From Tubulanus polymorphus (lineage: Eukaryota; Animalia; Nemertea): a stretch of 64,000 nt of DNA. Location of the stretch: NCBI RefSeq assembly GCF_964204645.1, contig NC_134035.1:1240001-1304000 (forward strand), in the 5' to 3' direction. Below the pieces are notes generated by a model. It saw nothing but the letters and a program-made list of their open reading frames with translations. It did no database searches and was not told the DNA's origin. The position numbers and the translations under genes were made by a program. Below are positions 1 through 12,073 of this stretch, one piece after another. The stretch's first letter is position 1, and each line of letters begins with the position of its first letter.

Positions 1-34
1 AGAAAAACAGAATTCCCTCAAAAAACGGAAGTCT

Positions 35-325
35 TACATCTCTGATATAACCACCGGCCAAATGGACTAGTTCTATTGGTCTACTGGTTAGCACTCTTGA
101 TTTCTATGCATGAGATGAAACCCTGGGACCAGTTCCATAGTTGAGACTTACGACCAAAAGTGGTCTTAAATCTAAAGTCTGGTCCTAAGTTGTTAGATTG
201 GCTATATAACCACGATGGTCTTAGACTGGTCTTAAGTCTAAGCCCTGTCTATGGAACCGGCCCCAGGTTTTGATCTGTGGTGAACGCACGTAATTTCAGT
301 CACTTCTTAATCGTTACATTAACAT
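35..325 (+). mobile_element. tRNA-derived SINE-like element (family S1) interrupted by a MITE
   Basis: A-box-like TGGTCTACTGG at 77-87 and a degraded B-box split by the MITE. Colinear with the reverse complement of 10825-11213 (ggac.agttctattggtctactgg...cgtaatttca...cacttct...ttaat.gttacat). Confidence 0.6.
126..263. mobile_element. PIF/Harbinger-like MITE family A
   Basis: TIRs GGACCAGTTCCATAG / CTATGGAACCGGCCC flanked by CTG and CAG; internal ttaagaccagtctaagacc motif shared with the other copies. Confidence 0.75.
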
Positions 326-1183
326 CTTCCTCACTAATTTCCGCATTTTTCGGTTCGACTACGGAGTTATCTCAATCGTTTTAACTCTTCAGAATTGAAA
401 TTCCCACATTTACACATGAATTCAAATTTCTTAAGAATTTCGTCGATGATTTTTCAATTTTCCCAAATACAAAAGGCGACTTTGTACATACCATCATACT
501 TCAAATCTGAATTAAGCAAGTCCGACAACATTTGTAAATGCGCTGTGGGAAACGTATATTCTAACGTTTCAAGATTTAGTTCTAATTGAGCGAATGAAAG
601 TGCATTTAAGCCGCGGCACTTCTAGTCGTTCCACTTGTTGCCGGATACAAACGAAAGCGATGGATCTTCACAGAGAAGATATAGCTCTTCAAATTCAACG
701 CAATTAATTTTTCGCAAAAAAAAAGGAGAATTTCAAGATCACAAAAAATGCGTATGCACACGCGATTGAAGACGACGAACTACGAGAGTCGTTGAATATT
801 TCATGAAGTCATCGTCGCCGTCGTTTACCGCTAAAACGCGTTTTTGTTCCATCTCTCTCTTGTACGACAGGTTTAGAGTGGACCTAGTGTTCTTCTGAAC
901 TTATCTTCTCCGCGTTATCTCTCTCTACTCAAACCTACTGTGTAAATATCTAGATTTTTGCTCCGATGACAGAATTATCGATAATATCAACTCGCCAACG
1001 GTAGCGTTTTCTTGAGCTAATCACGATCGCCTGAGATTGTTAACAAACGTCCGATATAAAGTTATTCATGAATTCAGAGAGATCCGCTTTAACAGAGAGA
1101 CTCCACAATGGGTGACGAGACTTCTCGACAGTTTCCAAAAAACCATTCGAAAAGGGAACCGATATCGGCCTGGCCCGACCAAA

Positions 1184-1400
1184 TGCGGCAATAGATGATT
1201 CCACTTGTGGCACGTGAGGATCCACCAGGTGTGCTAATGTGCAGTAGGACACCTACTGCGGCAATAGATGATTCCACTTGTGGCACGTGAGGATCCACCA
1301 GGTGTGCTAGTGTGCAGTAGGACACCTAATGCGTCAATAGAGGATTCCACTTGTGGCAAGTGTGGATCCACAAGGGGCACTCTTGCAGTAAGATATCAAG
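1184..1400 (+). repeat. Dispersed minisatellite family D, 73-bp unit x3
   Basis: Units start at 1184, 1257 and 1330; core GTGGCA(C/A)GTGAGGATCCACCAGGTGT. Confidence 0.9.
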
Positions 1401-2364
1401 GGACATGATTTGCCTAATTTCTCATGAGGGAGACTAAAAACAAGATGAAAATCAACAAATTGTTATAGGATATGTCCAACATTTCAGTGTCACCTGATGT
1501 GATAGCTGCTATAGTCAGTCCCCATTGCATTTATCATGAATACGTGATATATCTACATATATACACGTGTGAAATGTTCAAGCACTATACCACGGTAAAA
1601 AACTAAGACAAGTAATAACATAAGAACACAAATGAGCACCTGAAAATAATGTAAACCAAGCCCAGATTTATTTTCAGGTTGACAGGTTGAGAAACATTCG
1701 CCCGATTTTTTACGTCGTAAAGTTTTTAACTTAAAAGCTTTGACCTTTAAACGGATTAGTATCACCCCGAGTATATTAACAATGACACCGACGGCAATCT
1801 ATCATCGACACCAACGCAGGAATGAAACGGAGGAATGTTCATTATTATAAGCTTTCTTAAACTTTACTTCAATATTTGATGAACAATAGAAAATTTCAAC
1901 AGTAGAAAAGACGCAGCAAGGAACTGCATCGAACGACGTATCCAAAACCAGCGAAGATAAGAACAAACTGAACAAAAGTAACTAACGCTGCTTAGTTATA
2001 AGACATCGCCATTGTTAGTGACCATCCTGTATATCAGTCTTACCAACAGACTTATCATGGTAAACAAGTGATAAGTCGACATGAAAAGGTTCCGCACGAT
2101 GCGTTATTAATGTGAACGGGATTATGCGCTACGCTGGTTCACATCTTCGCGCGTGGTAAGTGGTGTTAGCGTATGACGTATACCGAGTCTGCAATCATCT
2201 GTACGCAACGCTCATCAGAGTCGGCCAAAAAATTAAACGGGTTTTTTTTTTCGTGAGGCGGGGTAATAATCAGTGTACTGAATGATCACAGCGATTTGTG
2301 GTTTAATCTCGGGTTCGTAAGAAGCAAATGCACATCAAAGATGCTTTGAAGACGTTCACAGCAT

Positions 2365-2805
2365 ATCTCATGCTTCTCAGTTAACTACAGTTGCCTCTAT
2401 AACATTTACCATACTATTGAGTTAGCAGCAGTTGCCTATATTAGATATCTCATACTATTGAGATAGCAGTAGTTGCCTATATGAGATATCTCATAGTACT
2501 GAGTTAGCAACAGTTGCCTATATGACATATCTCATACTATTGAGATAGCAGCAGTTGCCTCTATAAGATATCTCATACTATTGAGATAGCAGCAGTTGCC
2601 TCTATAAGATATCTCATACTATTGAGTTAGCAGCAGTTGCCTCTATAAGATATCTCACTGAGATAGCAGCAGTTGCCTATATGACATATCTCATACAACT
2701 GAGTTAGCAGCAGTTGCCTGTATAAGGTATCTCATACAACTGTTTCCACAGTTGCCACAATGAGATATCCCATACTACTGTTGCCACTGTTGCCTTTTAA
2801 GACAT
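2365..2805. repeat. 39-bp minisatellite, about 11 copies
   Basis: Unit gagatagcagcagttgcctctataagatatctcatactatt-like, degenerating at both ends. Confidence 0.9.
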
Positions 2806-4213
2806 GTCAATCTTCTGAGTGAGACTGAGTTAGCTAATGAGATGCGGTGTACTAGCCATCACCGGCATGCGGTGTAGACGCACTGAAAGAGTTAAACGAA
2901 ACGTTTCAAACGATCGCGTACATAAAAAAAAAGGAATTGACCTATCACGAATCACACTAAGATGACATCGAAATGTCATCATTTCGATGACTGGACAAGT
3001 CGCATTCGTTCGTAAAACGGAAATCAGACAAGTGCCGCTCGTCGACGGAAACGCAACGTATAATATATCAAACAACGTCGTCACATCACCTACTGATTTA
3101 ATGATGACCACTCCTCTAAACCGCGCAAGTCATTATACGCATGACAATCAAGTGTCGCGCGTTGACCAAAAAATATGATTCGTACCGGTACTCGGCGTCT
3201 ACTTCGGAGCAATCTCATTTATCATCTATACGCATGAACAGCACCCTCTATATTTACATCAATTATATACAACGGATCTTCTAAAACAACACTCTCCGTT
3301 AATTGCTTCCAGAATTGTCAGTGATTATCTCCGAGCGTATTCATTATTGATCGTTTGCCTATTGACAGTACGCCCCGTTTTTTCGAAATTTCTAAATCTG
3401 TCCCTGCGAGCGTCGACTGCACAACTGACCCCTGGACCGCTGAGAGGCCACTGGGTCAGTCATGAAACATTAAAACAATTAATTGAACTGTAACTCGTTC
3501 AACGACGATCGTCTTCCCAATCAGACAACAATCGCTTCAATCGATCGCCATGACGACGGTGCGCCAACGATAAAACTTCCGATGAATAGACCACCGCGTC
3601 GGAGACGCTGCGATGCACGACGCGGACTAAAATACCGTCGATTACGCTTCGTCGACGCCTCATTAACGCATTAAAAGAATCTTCTCCAAAGAAGCTGTCG
3701 GTCGAGAAAAAACGGCTGCCGCTACCGTATTCAGATCATCGCGCTACGAAGAAAAAAACCTTTAAATACACCGCGCAAATCACGACCGCATTGTTGCGAC
3801 TGTTTATTCGCGATATGGTTGCTACGGTTACTGATATATTCGGAACCCAGTACAAAAAAAAGACGAGTAAAGAAGAATCTTACGAGTCATGGATTACTCA
3901 AAATGCTGTATAATTGTATGCGAATAAATACGCGGAGCTCAGGGCAGTTCATAGATGTATCTCTCTCAAGACAAACTGAGCTGTTCACTGTTCCACGGGT
4001 TCAAAGATACTGCCATCTCTGACATTGATTGGGCTTTGCCTGAGGGTCGTTAACTGCAGCTCCACAAAGACTCGCGCAACCGTAAAACTTAAAGAAAATA
4101 ATTACCTAATGCTCAAAGGTTTTCAGGGTTTAGTAAATACCGATACTTTTAGCAAGAAATTAAGATTTATTTTGGGTTTTTATTCTATATTCCCCATGTT
4201 GAATAGACAGTAT

Positions 4214-4355
4214 GGGATCATTCAACTTTTTTCAACCCCCCTCCCGCTCTGTACGCAAAATCGGCCATTTTTTCCTTTACATTAAGCATTACAGTACGCA
4301 ATTGTACTGACCCCTACCCCCTCTCCTAATGCGTACGTAATAAATGAATGACCCC
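4214..4355. mobile_element. Short Tourist/Harbinger-like MITE
   Basis: Ends GGGATCATTCA / TGAATGACCCC, with TAT on both sides. Confidence 0.55.
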
Positions 4356-5183
4356 TATATATAAAATCTTGGATTTTAGGATCTTTAATAGTTTTAATAC
4401 GAATTCCTAGTTAAAGTAAATATAAAGGTATCTATGTTTGCGTCTGCGATGAAACCGGTCTATTCGAGTGCGTAGTAAGAATCCCTGAAGGGTTTAAAGA
4501 TAACAACAGTGTCAGAGTTGTACGACTGCTGCGGTCGCGCTGATATCGGTTCTACACGGCACCGAGCAAGAAAAAACTGACTCTCCGCAAACGGATGGCT
4601 GATTGCTACGCGACGCCTACAGAATTCGGCCCACGGCGACGCCGATGATTAGTCTTTCGTTCCGTTGTTTTTTTTCTCTTACGCGCGCGGGGGTAAATCG
4701 CGTTGGCCTGTACCGGTTACCGCTTGAGTGATTTCGGTGAAACGGACTCGGACTATCGACGCGTTCACCAAGCGGAACAATAACCCATTAGCGACGACTA
4801 CGCGACGACGACCGACCGAGAAGAAAAATGCGGCGGCGAGCGAGCGCTAGTTTTTAAAAGCCAATCAAGTTTCCTCCTACAAGGATTCGAGAATGAAGAG
4901 AAGTGCGTACGGCGTTACGTATCCGGTGAACGTAGGTAATTTACGGCACGACGTCGCCAGTAATCCGCTGGAAATCAACTGATGCCTTAGATTCGTAAAA
5001 AAAAACTTATTTCAAAGCTCGCGTTCGAATGAATATTGACTGCGCGTCGAAGAACGTTTTCTCGCCGGTTCTTCGAAGACACGAAATTCAACTTTAAAAG
5101 AATTGATAGCGAAGTCATTTCTCTCTTTACAGATATCGTATAACTGATGCGTGGTTACTTAGACGAGCGGAGGTATGATTCAT

Positions 5184-5486
5184 CAGAGGCGAACCAGGAT
5201 TTTGAGAAAGGGGATTAGGCGCAAATTGAGGAATTAGAAACTGCGGTGTCGGGATAAGTGAAGCACCTCAACAGGTCTGGGAGTCCTCCCTCACTCAGAG
5301 AATCCAGAAAAATTAGATGCTTTCCGGTACATTGTGAGCACGTCTACAAATCAAATGAAATCTACCATTCAAATAGATAACAGGGTTAATCCCTACTTTT
5401 AAGATCAAAATTAATGTTTTTTGAAATGTTTGATTGGCCGAAAAGAGGATGCGTGCCCGGTGTACCCCAATCTGGTTACGCCACTG
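5184..5486. mobile_element. Non-autonomous DNA transposon family G (CAGTGGCGGATCCAG-type TIR)
   Basis: Left end CAGAGGCGAACCAGGATTTT, right end CTGGTTACGCCACTG. The 3' part recurs at 7961-8015 and the internal part at about 26290-26385. Confidence 0.6.
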
Positions 5487-5700
5487 TCCCCCAATCTGGA
5501 TCTGCCACTGTCCCCCCAATCTGGATCTGCTACTGTCCCCCAATCTGGATCTGCCACTGTCCCCCCAATCTGGATCTGCCACAGTCCCCCAATCTGGATC
5601 TGCTACTGTCCCCCAATCTGGATCTGCTACTGTCCCCCAATCTGGATCTGCTACTGTCCCCCAATCTGGATCTGTCACTGTCCCCAAATCTGGATCTGCC
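5465..5700. repeat. 24-bp minisatellite, about 10 copies
   Basis: Unit cccccaatctggatctgc(c/t)actgt; explains the overlapping repetitive ORFs here. Confidence 0.95.
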
Positions 5701-6304
5701 TGTACATTCTATTGAAATAGACAAAATTTATGAAATCTACCTTCTAAACAGCGAGTTTCAGCGACGTGTCTGGAACTGCCTTCCAGTCGACAAGCTACTT
5801 CTCTCCATTGAATACCTGGACCGCACGTACTGTTATACGTCAATAATTTACACATACTCCACGCGCTCAATAACCATTTATACCTGAAATATACCAATCA
5901 AATTTTAAACAAATTAGAACAGCAAATATAGCCACAAGGCAGCGACATTTGATCGATTTTCTATTTTCAGAGAACACGATTATGTAAGAAAATACTAATG
6001 AGTTATAAACCGGCCAGATATGTCTGCCCCCATTGTAGTACAGGTTTTTCACAACATTTTGTCATCGCAAATAGTTGTTTAATTGAAAATGAACTAAAAA
6101 TCAGTCAGATTTTGAAGGTATTTTGGTAGTAAATGAGAGTAGTTACTACGCTCAAATAGTAGTCATAGTCTAGGTGTGTATGAAGGACTCTGAAGGCTTT
6201 TACTCAGGTTTTCTACACTTTTCTCATTAATAGTATTAGTAATTCAATTTCTATAGCCCCATTTTCACTATGATACAATGTTCAACAGCCCTTTCCACAT
6301 AATC

Positions 6305-6540
6305 GGCATCATTGCCCCCTCAGCCTACAACCCTAACCATTTATCAGTCATCTTCACCGGGGAGAAGTAATATCCGAGCAGCTACTAGAGGCATTCAGGA
6401 GTCATCTATCACACCAGGTGCCCCATTTACTTCTGGGTGAAGGGAGGCAATGAGGATGCCCGGGGACACTACCGGATGCAAACCCACAGGACCTGGTATC
6501 CCAGAGTCGAATTCGCTTACCATTTGCCTATACGGCTTGC
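6305..6540 (-). mobile_element. Degraded tRNA-derived SINE
   Basis: Minus strand reads a degraded tRNA-like head followed by tgcctcccttcacccagaagtaaatggggcacctgg, resembling the conserved central motif of widespread invertebrate SINEs; CpG-depleted. Confidence 0.45.
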
Positions 6541-8021
6541 TCTACTAGTAAAAGCTATTAGCTAAAAGGTAAAAGATGACTGTCTGATCACTGTATTTAC
6601 ACACACCACTAGACAGTGCGTACTTACACTATTCATTACGTTGAAAAAAAGACACCATTTGCGCTTCGTTAACACAATGAGTGTTACTTCTCGTTGCTGC
6701 CAGTGGTTTTTACTCGCAGTGTCAACCTTCTATTTGTCTATTTTTCCAGCCTCTCGCTGCACGCACAGGAGATACCTTGCCCTCAGCTATCGCCGCATCA
6801 TCAACAGCACAAAATAGGCTTTTTCAACAAGGGAAGGCTCCAAAATGCAATAAGTCGGATATTCTCGGAGCCACCCCATATGTATAGATGCATGAAAACA
6901 AAAACAAGGCTTTTGTTTGTTTGTTTTTATGTCACTTGGATCTTGGTTTCCCAAGACTAATCCTATTTGATTATTCATTTAACCTTACAGCGGCCTTTGA
7001 AGTGTTGCCCGCACGCTGTAAGCAGCCAGCAGTGTGCTTACAGTGTGCGGGCAACACTTAATTCGGAAGCAAACTAAAGAAACTTTCTTGTTTAAAACAC
7101 AACTGATTTTAACCATGTATAAAGTCGATCTGAAGAGGGTTTATATCGATACAAACTGTGACGACCGAGTGTCGACTTTCAAACACTCTTAGTTTCTCAA
7201 ATCTTCAAACAAGGCCGGATCAAAACTGATGACTATAGCCAGACTAGGTATACATCAATTACTGCAACCTGTTATATACCTATATCTATACCTGATGGGA
7301 CTGAGAGATGAGACCTTTCAAATATCGGTGTTAAAAATCTCGCAGATATAAACGATTCATCACGCAAAGCCTGAAGACACGTTATATAAAAAAAGCATTT
7401 TCAATAAAGCCCCGGTTATTTTTGTGTATCACAAGCAATTTGGTCGATGATTTTTCGTGGTAATTAATTGAAAGAAGCTTCCAGTTATGCTTTGAACTAT
7501 AAATAGAATGTAACAGAGACACAGAGGGAAAGATGTGATTTCATCCTGAGAATATTAAAGAAATCTCATCAAAGCGACCGTACGAGACGTAAACAGACAT
7601 GTTTCAGGCGAAATAACGAACATAAAAAAGAATCGAAATAAGATTATAAATACAGCGAAAATTATTTACTGTATAAACAGAAGGGAACTTCAGGGGGAAA
7701 TGTGAGGATGATGATGGAATCTGAGCACTGGGAGGGGGGGGAACTATGATTGAAGCTGCTTCACAAGTTGATAATTGATTTCGGCGTAAATGAACAGTAA
7801 GACATCGTAGAACAGATAGCTGCAGGAACACGAGAACTCAACAGGGCTCACTCTAACTGGTCAACACCCGTAATAGTAACACCACTCGCCAGGGCTCACG
7901 CTAACTGGTAAACGCCCGTCATAGCAACACCAATCGCCAGGGCTCACTCTGTAACCGGTAATGATTGGCCGAAAAGAGGATGCGTGCCCGGTGTACCCCA
8001 ATCTGAATCTGCCACCAATGC

Positions 8022-8237
8022 CAGTCAGTCGGTCAGTCAGTCAATCAGTCAGTGAGTTAATTAATCGGTCAGTCAGTCAGTCAGTGAGTTAGTCAGTCAG
8101 TGCGGCAGTCAGTCGGTCAGTCAGTTAGTCAGTCAATCATTTAGAGTCAGTCAATCAGTGCAGTCAGTGAGTTAGTCAATCAGTCAGTGCACCAGTCAGT
8201 CAGTCAGTGAGTTAGTTAGTCAGTCAGTCAATCAGTC
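8022..8237. repeat. (CAGT)n microsatellite
   Basis: Imperfect tetranucleotide run. A 48-bp unit x2.5 lies just upstream at about 7841-7950. Confidence 0.95.
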
Positions 8238-8532
8238 GAACCGATTACACTAGAGACCGTTTGAATAATGCATGAGAAACTGACATGAAATGAATTTCAA
8301 ATCGTCGTTGATGCCGAACGCAACGTGTAAACGGAGTCTGGTATCGTCGTCGTCGTCGTAGAGATCAAAGCGATTGTCGATTGACTTGCGGAGATTAATC
8401 GGATGAAGAACTGCTGCCGTGTAACTGAATAAATTAATATCAATCATTAAACACAACCGGTAACTGACGCTTAAAACATCTTAGCGAATACAAGATCACT
8501 TAAAACTATACGACTAACTATTTATTACACAG

Positions 8533-8641
8533 GACCCAGTTCGACAGTCGTGAGTAAGAGTTAACTCTGAGTTAAAGTTAGTTCATTTTCAATGAGTTAA
8601 CTCTGAGTCAAATCTTAACTCAGAACTGTGGAACTGGACCC
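8533..8641. mobile_element. Harbinger-like MITE with a TIR related to family A
   Basis: GACCCAGTTCGACAGT ... ACTGTGGAACTGGACCC flanked by CAG/CAG; palindromic GAGTTAACTC interior. Confidence 0.7.
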
Positions 8642-9736
8642 CAGATTTCCATACATAAATAAGTGTGATCAGTTCTCAGGTGACATCACTTCACGGTCTA
8701 TTGGACCAATCTCGACTATTCTCGATAAGTTTGACTCAAGAGCTTCAGCCGCTCATGTCGAATGTTTTAATTCAGTAACGTATTTCACGGTTACGTGGAG
8801 AAAGGGTTGAACTCATGAAATAACTATCACTGACTAACTTACTGAAAACCTGTTTACTTTGCGTGTATATTCAACTGTTATTGTTATTTGTTCTCTGTAT
8901 ATAATCATTTTCTTTAAAAAGCTTTATTTTCTATCTCCCCTGTTTTTATTGTGCTTGATCTTATAATGTATAACTACGTTACGGAACGATGATTTGAATT
9001 GAATTAAATTGTCTCTCCCTCGTATCAGACCAGCCACTAGGTTAAGCTTCTCTCCCAAAAGAGGTTAGAACGCAAGAAAAATTTAAGTTGGACAGAATAT
9101 GATTAGGAAATTGAAATGATTTATCAAAACCTTAAAAACATTCAAATTTAAACATTTTGTGCTTAGTCGTGGTATAGACTCCACTTTATTCGAATAATCA
9201 CTATGTATGACTGTGCAACTGGCCACTGAAATGTATTTCTATCAAGGGAGATCTTGCTTCAATTTGATAAATACATTTTGAATTGCGTGCGCACGTGTGC
9301 GGTTTGGGACCGTCTCTCGGCTTGTTAACCATTCCGTACGCGTCGGCGCCATCGACATTCGGAACTTTCCACCGTAAAACAGATGGCTCCGTTAAATCGA
9401 ATATATCTCTCTTTAAACGATTAGTTCAAAGTCATAACCGCATTCGCGTTTCCGACGACGACGACGATTGTCGCTGAAGAGCCGAATCGATTTCGAGACG
9501 GATTCGACTTCAGAATTTAAACGACGTAATTAAGACGCAGTTTGACATTCTCCACGTGGCCCACTACAATTCGAAACTTCTCGTCGACGACGACGCGGTA
9601 ATCGACCGACGGTAGAAACCAACGTTCAGACGAGCGAATGACGAGAGATCCATGGACCTTGAAACTTTCGTCGAGAAAATCCGAAATTGTAGACAGTTTG
9701 GGAAAATGAACAAGAGCCTGAGGCAAAATAGCTTCA

Positions 9737-10016
9737 CCATTTCATTGCTGACTAATCAATACCCGGAAATGCTGGATAATTTGAAAATTTCTGATAATTC
9801 CATCTCAGTGCGGTGTACAACAGGCATACTGCTATAGTGCGTCTACACCACTGTGCGACGTATTATTAATTACTAATATGTCACCATGTCAGGTGCTGCC
9901 ATCTTTCAAGAGATAAAAACCAATTAGTTATCTCGTGAACACACCACGATCCGATGTACTAACAAAGTTCATCACCAATATATACATCGCACAGCAGTGT
10001 AGACACACTGAAAGGG
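9737..10016 (-). mobile_element. piggyBac-like MITE family F (degenerate, reverse orientation)
   Basis: Ends CACTGAAAGGG-TTAA and is colinear with the reverse complement of 56232-56510. Another terminal fragment is at about 2840-2894. Confidence 0.75.
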
Positions 10017-10824
10017 TTAAGTTATCCAGAACAAATATCTCGTTTTATTAACAATGAATTCGAGTGTATAGGATTTAATCAAAGTGGATTTAATGAAAAA
10101 CGCCAATAGATTTGATCGATTTACAGATAATTCTTGACTTTGAGATAATTAATAGTTCATTAATGACAGCAGATGTACATGAAAACTGTTTGTCAAAGGG
10201 AACAAAGTAAATGACCATCAATGGAATCGCAACCGAGGGGTTAATGACCAAAATACTCTTTAAACTTAAAGAAAGTTACAATTCTATAAGCAATTCGATA
10301 ATGGCAAAGAATCTCGTGAACGATTACGGCCCAAACGAACCGACCGAGCAAATTGAGCTTAACGAATTAGAAATAGAATTCGCGCGCGGTGGCGCTTTAT
10401 TAGGAAATCTATCCGTTCCGCGAGTCTTTACACAAACAATGAAGCAGATGTAACCGTTAACAGAATCGCGCCCGCGTAAACTAGATTCACGCAACGCTCG
10501 TTGTAAATTCGATGTTCGCCGGGAGTTTACGGGTAAAAGTCACATTTCGCCGACGGCGGATTCTGTTTCGTTTCGTAACAAATTTGCGTTTATTTGATTT
10601 CGAAAGTCGCCGTAGTTCTCGTTCCGTCGTCGAGAGCGAATCGATACAACGCGCAACAACGTCGTCGTCTAAATTTCCTTTTAGTTCGTTCGTTTTTTTT
10701 TTTCTCGAAAATAAATGGGAAATAAAAGGTTGAGATTTTTTCAGCTCAGTAAAATGTAAGCAGGGTCTATTGAAACGGATTCTACCAGATTCCTAGACTT
10801 AAATGCATTTACACCACATTCAAT

Positions 10825-11213
10825 ATGTAACTATTAAGAGAGAAGTGATAGTGAAATTACGCAGCCACACCGGGGCTCGAACCCGGGTCCCGTACGTATA
10901 GAAGGCAAGCGCGCTAGACCAAGGGTCGGTTGCATAGTCATCACTTAGACTTAAGACCAGTCTAAGACCAACTTAGTTCTATAGTCAATCTAACAACTTA
11001 AGACCAGTCTAAGACCTACTTAGTTCTATAGTCAATCTAACAACTTAAGACCAGTCTAAGACCTACTTAGTTCTATAGTCAATCTAACAACTTAAGACCA
11101 GTCTTAAGATTTGAGACCACTTTTGGACTTGAGTCAAGACCGTGCAACTGGCCCCAGTAGACCAATAGAACTCGTCCACTAGATCAGTGGTTACACAGTG
11201 GTGCGATGTACAT
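10825..11213 (-). mobile_element. tRNA-derived SINE family S1 with MITE A (10923-11154) inserted in the A-box region
   Basis: Minus-strand B box GGTTCGAGCC (10874-10883). MITE TIRs GGGTCGGTTGCA / TGCAACTGGCCC flanked by CAA/CAG; three internal 47-bp units starting at 10950, 10997 and 11044. Confidence 0.75.
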
Positions 11214-11844
11214 ATACGCTAATAGCTAAAAAAACATGGCGGAATCAAAACAGATGCCTCCGGAATGTCCATTTAGAAGCGAACTAGATCGAGGATTATG
11301 AAAAACCATTTACCGAATGTGGAAAGCGCACTGACGGCGAGGTCAACAACATTTACTGCGGCGCAGTTTTGATCATTATGGAATTACAAAAAGATGCGTT
11401 GAAAAGTGGTTCTACATTGACCGATGATCAACTGTCAGTGATCACTGTTGACATGTTCACCTCGCTAGTGCTCGCAGCCGTGCGGCGGCCGCTAAATAAA
11501 TCGATCATTCCAATCAAACCCGCGACGATAGCGATAACGAGCGCCGAACGACGATCTCACGCCGAGCGAGGATTTCACCGTTTTTCCGAACGCGCCGGAA
11601 ATTCGTCGCGTTTTCGGCTTTTCACCGACTGTCGTGCGAACAAAAGCAGACGCGCGCGGTAAACATCGGTCGAATACCGACGACACGTCGAGTTAGATCC
11701 GGCTAATGATGGAGAAAACACCGCGTGGTTCCTTAACGCACGCAAACCTTATCGGAACCGGCGGTATACAGAACCATCGGATAAATCAATCGCTAAGTTT
11801 CAATCATGGACATCTTTACTACGAGACCCGGTTTACGGGCGGAT

Positions 11845-12073
11845 CTAGACCAAGGGTCGGTTGCGTAGTCATGACTTAGACTTAAGACCAGTCTAAGACC
11901 TACTTAGTTCTATAGCCAATCTAACAACTTAAGACCAGTCTTAACATTAAAAGACCACTTTCGGACTTTAGTCAATCAAGACTGTGCAACTGGCCCCAGT
12001 AGACCAATAGAACTAGTCCACTAGACCAGTGGTTACACAGTGGTGCGATGTACATGTTCGCTAATAGATAAAA
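11845..12073. repeat. Local direct duplicate of the SINE+MITE junction at 10914-11233
   Basis: Same ctagac-caa-gggtcgg left junction and same right flank; the MITE (11854-11996) has only one 47-bp unit. Confidence 0.85.

Noticed and set aside
5313-5887. Cluster of overlapping repetitive ORFs
   Set aside because: Translation of the 24-bp minisatellite.
10861-10920. tRNA gene (also considered at 32815-32912)
   Set aside because: Only A/B-box-like motifs are present, with no complete cloverleaf; they are embedded in repeated SINE-like sequence and interrupted by a MITE.
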